The position numbers and the translations under genes are program-made. Below the pieces are notes generated by a model. The model saw nothing but the letters and a program-made list of their open reading frames with translations. It searched no databases and was not told where the DNA came from. A stretch of 64,000 nt of DNA from Candidatus Hydrogenedentota bacterium (GTDB lineage: Bacteria > Hydrogenedentota > Hydrogenedentia > Hydrogenedentales > SLHB01): assembly GCA_045863295.1 (NCBI GenBank), contig BTWA01000012.1, positions 64,001 to 128,000 of the forward strand, read 5' to 3'. Positions 58,995 through 64,000 of the stretch are shown piece by piece (positions within the stretch are counted from its first letter, which is position 1; every line of letters begins with the position of its first letter).

Positions 58995-61900
58995 TTGTTG
59001 ATTTCATGAGCTACACCGGCAACCAGCGTGCCCAGTGAGACCATTTTGTCCGCATGAACAAGCTGCTGTTGACGCAACAGGGCCTCTTCTGCAGCACGTT
59101 TCCTTTCGGTAATATCCAAGGCTGCGACAATAATCCCGTGTTCAAATGTCTGTTCGTCAACAAGCGCGGCGCTGACAAAAACATCTATCACCTCGCCATT
59201 GCGGCGTGACCACTGGGTTTCCACCCCGCCCGATCCCTGTTCTCTCGAAAGAGTAAGCTGCCGCATTCTCTCCGCGCCAACGCGTTCAAACTCCTCATCA
59301 GTCAGATAGAACATCCGGGCGTTACGGCCGACAAGTTCGTCGTGGGAATAGCCGGTCATGTGGCAAAGCGTTTCGTTGGCTTCCAAAATTATGCGATCCT
59401 TGATGAGTGCAATACCTGCGGGCGCCGCCCGGAAAATACTGGTTAACTTGGACTCGCTCAACCGCAGTGCCTCTTCCGCTTGAACTCGTGCAGTTATGTC
59501 ACGGTCGACGCCCCGGAATCCCTGCAGTTCGCCCGACTCACTCACAATAGGAACAGCATTGCTTTCCAGGTAACGCCAAGTGCCATCTTTGTGGCGCCAG
59601 CGTGTCAACACAGCTTGCCATCCGCGCTTTTCCGCAATCCATCCCGCCAAAGATTGTCCGATGGCCGTGCGATCATCGTCGTGCATCAGCTCAAGACCCA
59701 CTTTGCCTTCGATCTCAGATGGCAAGTACCCCAAAATCGATTGGACGGCCGGATTAGAATAGGTATGCACACCGTCTACATTCATTGTCCAAATCCAGTC
59801 GCGCGATGTATCCACTAGAGCACGTATCATCTCCGTTCGCTCGCGGAGTTTCTCATCCAACCGCCTTTGTTCAGTGACATCTCGCTGTACACCCCAAGCT
59901 CGAGTCAACAGGCCGTTTTCGACAAATCCCACGAAACTGTTGATAAAATGGTGAGTCGCGCCGCTTAAGTCAACTCCCGAAGATTCCACATTTTCAATGC
60001 GAAACCCGGATCGGAGATACTGACGAAGATAATCCACATTCCGCGGATCGGCTGCCATCATGTCCTTCAGCCGCATGCCTGTCATGGCTTCGGGATTAGG
60101 AAATCCATACATTCGGGCGAATGCGTCATTGCACTCCGCGAGAAAAGTCCGCTCCATGACCAACTCAAAAAGCGTATCCTCCGGCAAGTGGCTATCGATC
60201 GGAGGCTCGGCCTCCAATCGGTATATGCCATCGGAAGTGTTGTTAAAAAATGCTCGGTACCGCTCCTCGCTCTCATGAAGGCGTTGTTCGGATAGTATGC
60301 GCTCAGTAATATCCACGGTGACGGTCAAAACCATGGGTGGCTCCCCCGCAAGCAGCCGGCAAGAGTAGAGGGACTGGCGAACCTGTCCATCGGGACGGCG
60401 TATCGCGGATTCCACATTATGAACGAATCCAACATCACGCAACTTGTCCATCACCCGATCGGAACGTTCATCCACCCGGATAAGCCCTACCTCTTTCATG
60501 GTGCGGCCAATCGCTTCGTCCGCGGAGATACCTGTGAATTCCGTGAATGCTTGGTTTACGAGAACATAACGTCCGTCCAAATCGTTCACAACACAGGGAA
60601 AGGGAACCAAATCAAATAACGTGCGAAACTGTTCCTCACTCTTCTTCAATGCAAGTTCGGCTTGTCTACGTTTGGTAATGTCACGAACAAACGCCAACAA
60701 CTGTATCTTTCCGTCCTGATTCATCCGGGTAAGGCTTACTTCTGCGTTGAATTCAGTGCCGTCATGGCGGATGTGAAGCCACTCGAACGATTGTGGTGTG
60801 CCGTTCAGCGCGCTCGCGATGAACTCCATAGCCTTGGTCTGGGAGTTGCGGCCATCCGGTTGAACCACCGGGGAGAGCTGCCACGGCACCTGACCAATGA
60901 TCTGTTCCCGTGTACAACCGAATATCTCAAGGGTGCGTGGATTGCACTCCACAAATCGGCCATCCTCCAATACAAAGATGGCATCATTGGCCGCCTCGAA
61001 CAACGTCCGGTATTGCAATTCGCTTTGCAGCACCGCCTGTTCCGCCTGCTTGCGTTCCGTTATATCCCTGCCTTCAGGTATCAATAGCACCACGTTGCCG
61101 GATTCGTCCTTGACCGGTTGCAGCGAAAAATCGATTGTGTGTGTCTTGCCTTCAGCGTCGATGTGAGTTGTCTCAAACCGTACAAACTCCCCCAACGCCG
61201 CTCGTTGAACGGATTCGCGAAGCAAATCCTGTAAATCAGGAGAGTGCTCCCACCAGGGCGTTTCCCAGAAGGGTTTGTCAATGACATCGCTCTCCACCAG
61301 ACCCCTGAACTTCAACGCGGTCTCGTTTGCCGCCAGGATTCTCCCGTCCGGCGACAACATTCCAATTAGCTGAAACGTCTGATTGAAGATGGCTTTGAAG
61401 CGGAGATCGCTCTCTCGTTGTTTGTCATATTCGATCCGCAGTTCGGCGGTGCGCGCCGCCACAATTCTGGACAACCGCCTGTTCCAGTAAGCAATGAATG
61501 CGATGACAATTGCGGAAACCGCCAACACTTTCCATAGGTTGCCGTAGTTGAACTCGCGCGTGTAGTGAATCGGAGCCCACCGGGAAAGTATTTCCTCCCG
61601 CTTGGAATCCGGAATGGTTGCAAGAGACTTGTCCAGAATCCGCGCCAAAACCGGCCAGTCTCTGCGAACGGCCAAGCTTAACTCGTATTCATAGGGCGTC
61701 TCGCCCGAAAAGCGCAAGTTCTCCAACGAAAGCTTAGCCATGGAATGACTTGCGGGTAGAATTGCCTCCACGCACGCATCCACATCGCCATCCACCAGCA
61801 TCGTCAACGCTTCCTCCGTCGATCGCGCCGGCACAAGGTTGATGTCAGGATAGTCTGTAGCAATCCATTCCTGAACAGCATATCCATCCACTACGCCAAT

Positions 61901-63196
61901 GCGTTTTCCGCTCAACTTGTTCAAACCGGAAACGAATGGCGTGTCCTCCCGCGTAATGATCGCCAGCGGTAAATGAGCAAAGGGCTGAGTGAACTGCAGG
62001 TAACCGGTGCGGGCAGGCGTCGATACAATCCCGCTTACCATGTCACAGCCGTAGTTCCGGGCATTTTCAAGCGTCTCCGCCCACGTAGCGCTTTTCACTA
62101 TCTTGAACTGGATCCCGGTGACAGCGCCAATCTCAGAGAGATAGTCGGCCGCAACACCTTGGTGGGTCCCATTAGAGTCCAGGAATTCGAACGGCGTATA
62201 CGCGGGATCCACGCCAACATGGACGACGGGATTGTCTTTTATCCATTTGCGCTCTTCGGGAGTAAGCACCGCCGCCGCAAGTTGGTAGGATCCCTCGTCC
62301 AGATAGGCGTTCCACGTCTTCAAATAACCCTGAATTTCGCTTTTCGGAATGGCTGCGATCGCCTTGTCAAGGGCACTGCGAAGTTCCGGCCAATCCTTTC
62401 GTACAAAAAATGCGGCGGAATACCCTTCCCTGTACATTCGAAAAAGTTGAATATCTGTTATCGAATGCCGATCAAGGAGGTAGGTAACCTCTGAATGCAC
62501 ATCAAAAAAACCGTCCGCTTCTCCACGCAACACTAGATTCAGGCAGTCCAGCATGGTCTTTCCGAATACAAATGAATTGCCCTCCAACACTTCCAAAGAC
62601 GGATTGTTCAGATCCCATCCCTCACACAACGCGATTGTGCGCCCGGACACGGAGTCGGGATGTTCTTGAGCCAAGGATGAGTCTTTCTTGACAAACAGCG
62701 AAAAGGGTAGAAATAGAAAATCTTCCGTCTTTGAATAGTGCACTTCGTAATTCGCGTCCAAAGGGTCATTCAGCGTTGTACAGTCGGCTTCGCCCTTTGC
62801 CACCTGCTCCAAAAGTTGACCGTAACCTACTCCTCGAAACGCTATCCGCACCCCCAGTAACTCCTGTATGCGCATCGCAATATCGGGAATTGCGCCAATA
62901 TATTCGCCGCCATCGCTCAGAAATCCGAACGGAGCCGCCTCGGAGTAACTGGTAATTTCAATTTCGGGATGCGCCGTTAACCACCTCCGCTCTTCCGCCG
63001 TGAGTTCAATACCCTGCGCGAACACTCTCTCCACGGACAAAAGCAAAAACAATAAGAGTGAAATGGTTCGCAATGTAAGACATGAATTCTTCGGGGAGGT
63101 CGAATTACTGAGACGAAAACGATTGGTGTGAAAGGCTGTGTGCGGGTGCTGCACGATGAATTCTCCCGATGCCAGGTCGGACCTACCGGAAGTCAC
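58817..63196 (-). pseudogene. Truncated sensor histidine kinase (2 periplasmic-binding domains, TM, 6 PAS, H-box only)
   Basis: LT.EER.W binding domains twice, WNRRL TM exit, six PAS ending DIT/DVT, KMVSLGTLVAGVAHEINNP then about 55 aa of unrelated sequence; no HATPase; start uncertain (TTG 63073 possible). Confidence 0.82.
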
Positions 63197-63386
63197 GTTG
63201 TATTCCCCAATTCACAAAACAGCAAAAAAATAGAAGTTGTGTTTCCATTTATCGCGGTCGATGCGAACCAAAATTAATATGCGGGAAATGACGACTCCGT
63301 GCAACATTTGTACTTGACGAAGTCTCCCCGAATGCGACCGGCTCGCAGGTTCCCCATCGCTGGAAACTTCTCCGGAAAACCACCCC

Positions 63387-63416
63387 TTGTTACGGGACCC
63401 CGCTTCAACATATAAT
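63387..63416 (+). promoter_or_regulatory. Putative sigma70 promoter of the GT2 gene
   Basis: TTGTTA-N18-TATAAT. Confidence 0.5.
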
Positions 63417-63446
63417 TCGGCGTTTGCCGGGCCGAGGGGAATTCAC

Positions 63447-64000
63447 GTGAAATCTGTAGTTGTCATACCCACATACAACGAAGCGGAAAACGTCAAGCCG
63501 CTCATTGAATCCATACACCAGCACGTTCCGGAAATGGACATTGTCATCGTTGATGATGGCTCGCCCGACGGAACGGCGGACATTGCCGCGGCGATGGAGG
63601 GGGTGTACGTTATTCGCCGCTCGGGAAAACTTGGATTGGGCACGGCGTATGTCACAGGATATAAATACTGCCTCGAGAAAGGCTACGACCGAATCGGCGG
63701 TATGGATGCCGACTTCAGCCACAATCCGTCCGTTCTCCCCGCGCTCTTCGGTTCCCTGGATCACTTCGATATGGCCGTCGGCTCAAGGTATATTCGCGGA
63801 GGCGGCACCCGAAACTGGGGATTACACAGGCAATTGCTCAGCCGGACAGCAAACCTGGTCGCGCGGACGCTGTTGTCATTTCCTGCAAAAGACGTCACAT
63901 CAGGCTTCCGGGCCTACCGGCGCGAAGTGCTGGAGTCCATTGATCTGGACACCATCAAATCCGAAGGCTACGCATTCGTGGTCGAATTCATGTATCGGTC
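63447..64000 (+). CDS. Polyprenol monophosphomannose synthase-like GT2 (runs off window end)
   Basis: Hand translation MKSVVVIPTYNEAEN...VDDGSPDGT...GLGTAY...MDADFSH; GAGGGG RBS; absent from track because it has no stop in the window. Confidence 0.9.
   Translation, partial: MKSVVVIPTYNEAENVKPLIESIHQHVPEMDIVIVDDGSPDGTADIAAAMEGVYVIRRSGKLGLGTAYVTGYKYCLEKGYDRIGGMDADFSHNPSVLPALFGSLDHFDMAVGSRYIRGGGTRNWGLHRQLLSRTANLVARTLLSFPAKDVTSGFRAYRREVLESIDLDTIKSEGYAFVVEFMYR

Noticed and set aside
58817..59010. Programmed frameshift producing a kinase-regulator fusion
   Set aside because: No slippery sequence, and neither frame would restore the HATPase or a complete AAA+ domain; deletion fits better
1..64000. 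CRISPR arrays, IS elements, prophage or defence genes, rRNA
   Set aside because: No regularly spaced repeats, transposase/integrase motifs or RNA-gene signatures recognised

Overview
Gene-dense 64-kb bacterial chromosomal window with no rRNA, complete tRNA, CRISPR array or transposase recognised. Gene content (DUF1549/DUF1553 cytochrome c + DUF1501 pair, PKD/PqaA-like lipoprotein, sulfatase-like proteins) suggests a Planctomycetes-like or Ca. Hydrogenedentes-like organism; this is inference only. In order, it carries: two tandem PilZ/pseudo-receiver genes; a minus-strand sugar-acid cluster (SDR, HAD, PdxB, LarA-family, PPi-type PfkA, Gnd, TIM-barrel isomerase, RlmI-like MTase); a 51-aa secreted-peptide gene missing from the ORF track, directly upstream of a catalytically divergent Lgt homolog; a sigma54-preceded acyl-reductase/phasin-like pair; MarR plus two TolB-like propellers; a CHASE4-PAS-GGDEF cyclase; a sulfotransferase divergent from a flippase-like/sulfatase-like fusion; an ABC pair; a Ser/Thr kinase fused to a MshEN c-di-GMP-binding domain; a FecR/DUF6600-like protein with a Tyr/Asp/Gly-rich lipoprotein; housekeeping genes (ltaE, thiL, nnrD, rlmD, SMUG1); a P450; an MCP with a sigma54 promoter; and a sensor kinase/NtrC pair joined by an apparent deletion. 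The best candidates for undescribed systems are the peptide + Lgt-like module, a possible trans-membrane sulfation relay, the kinase-MshEN fusion, and a mannonate-to-gluconate route that may use a PfkA-family kinase. All family calls come from reading motifs by eye, not from database searches.
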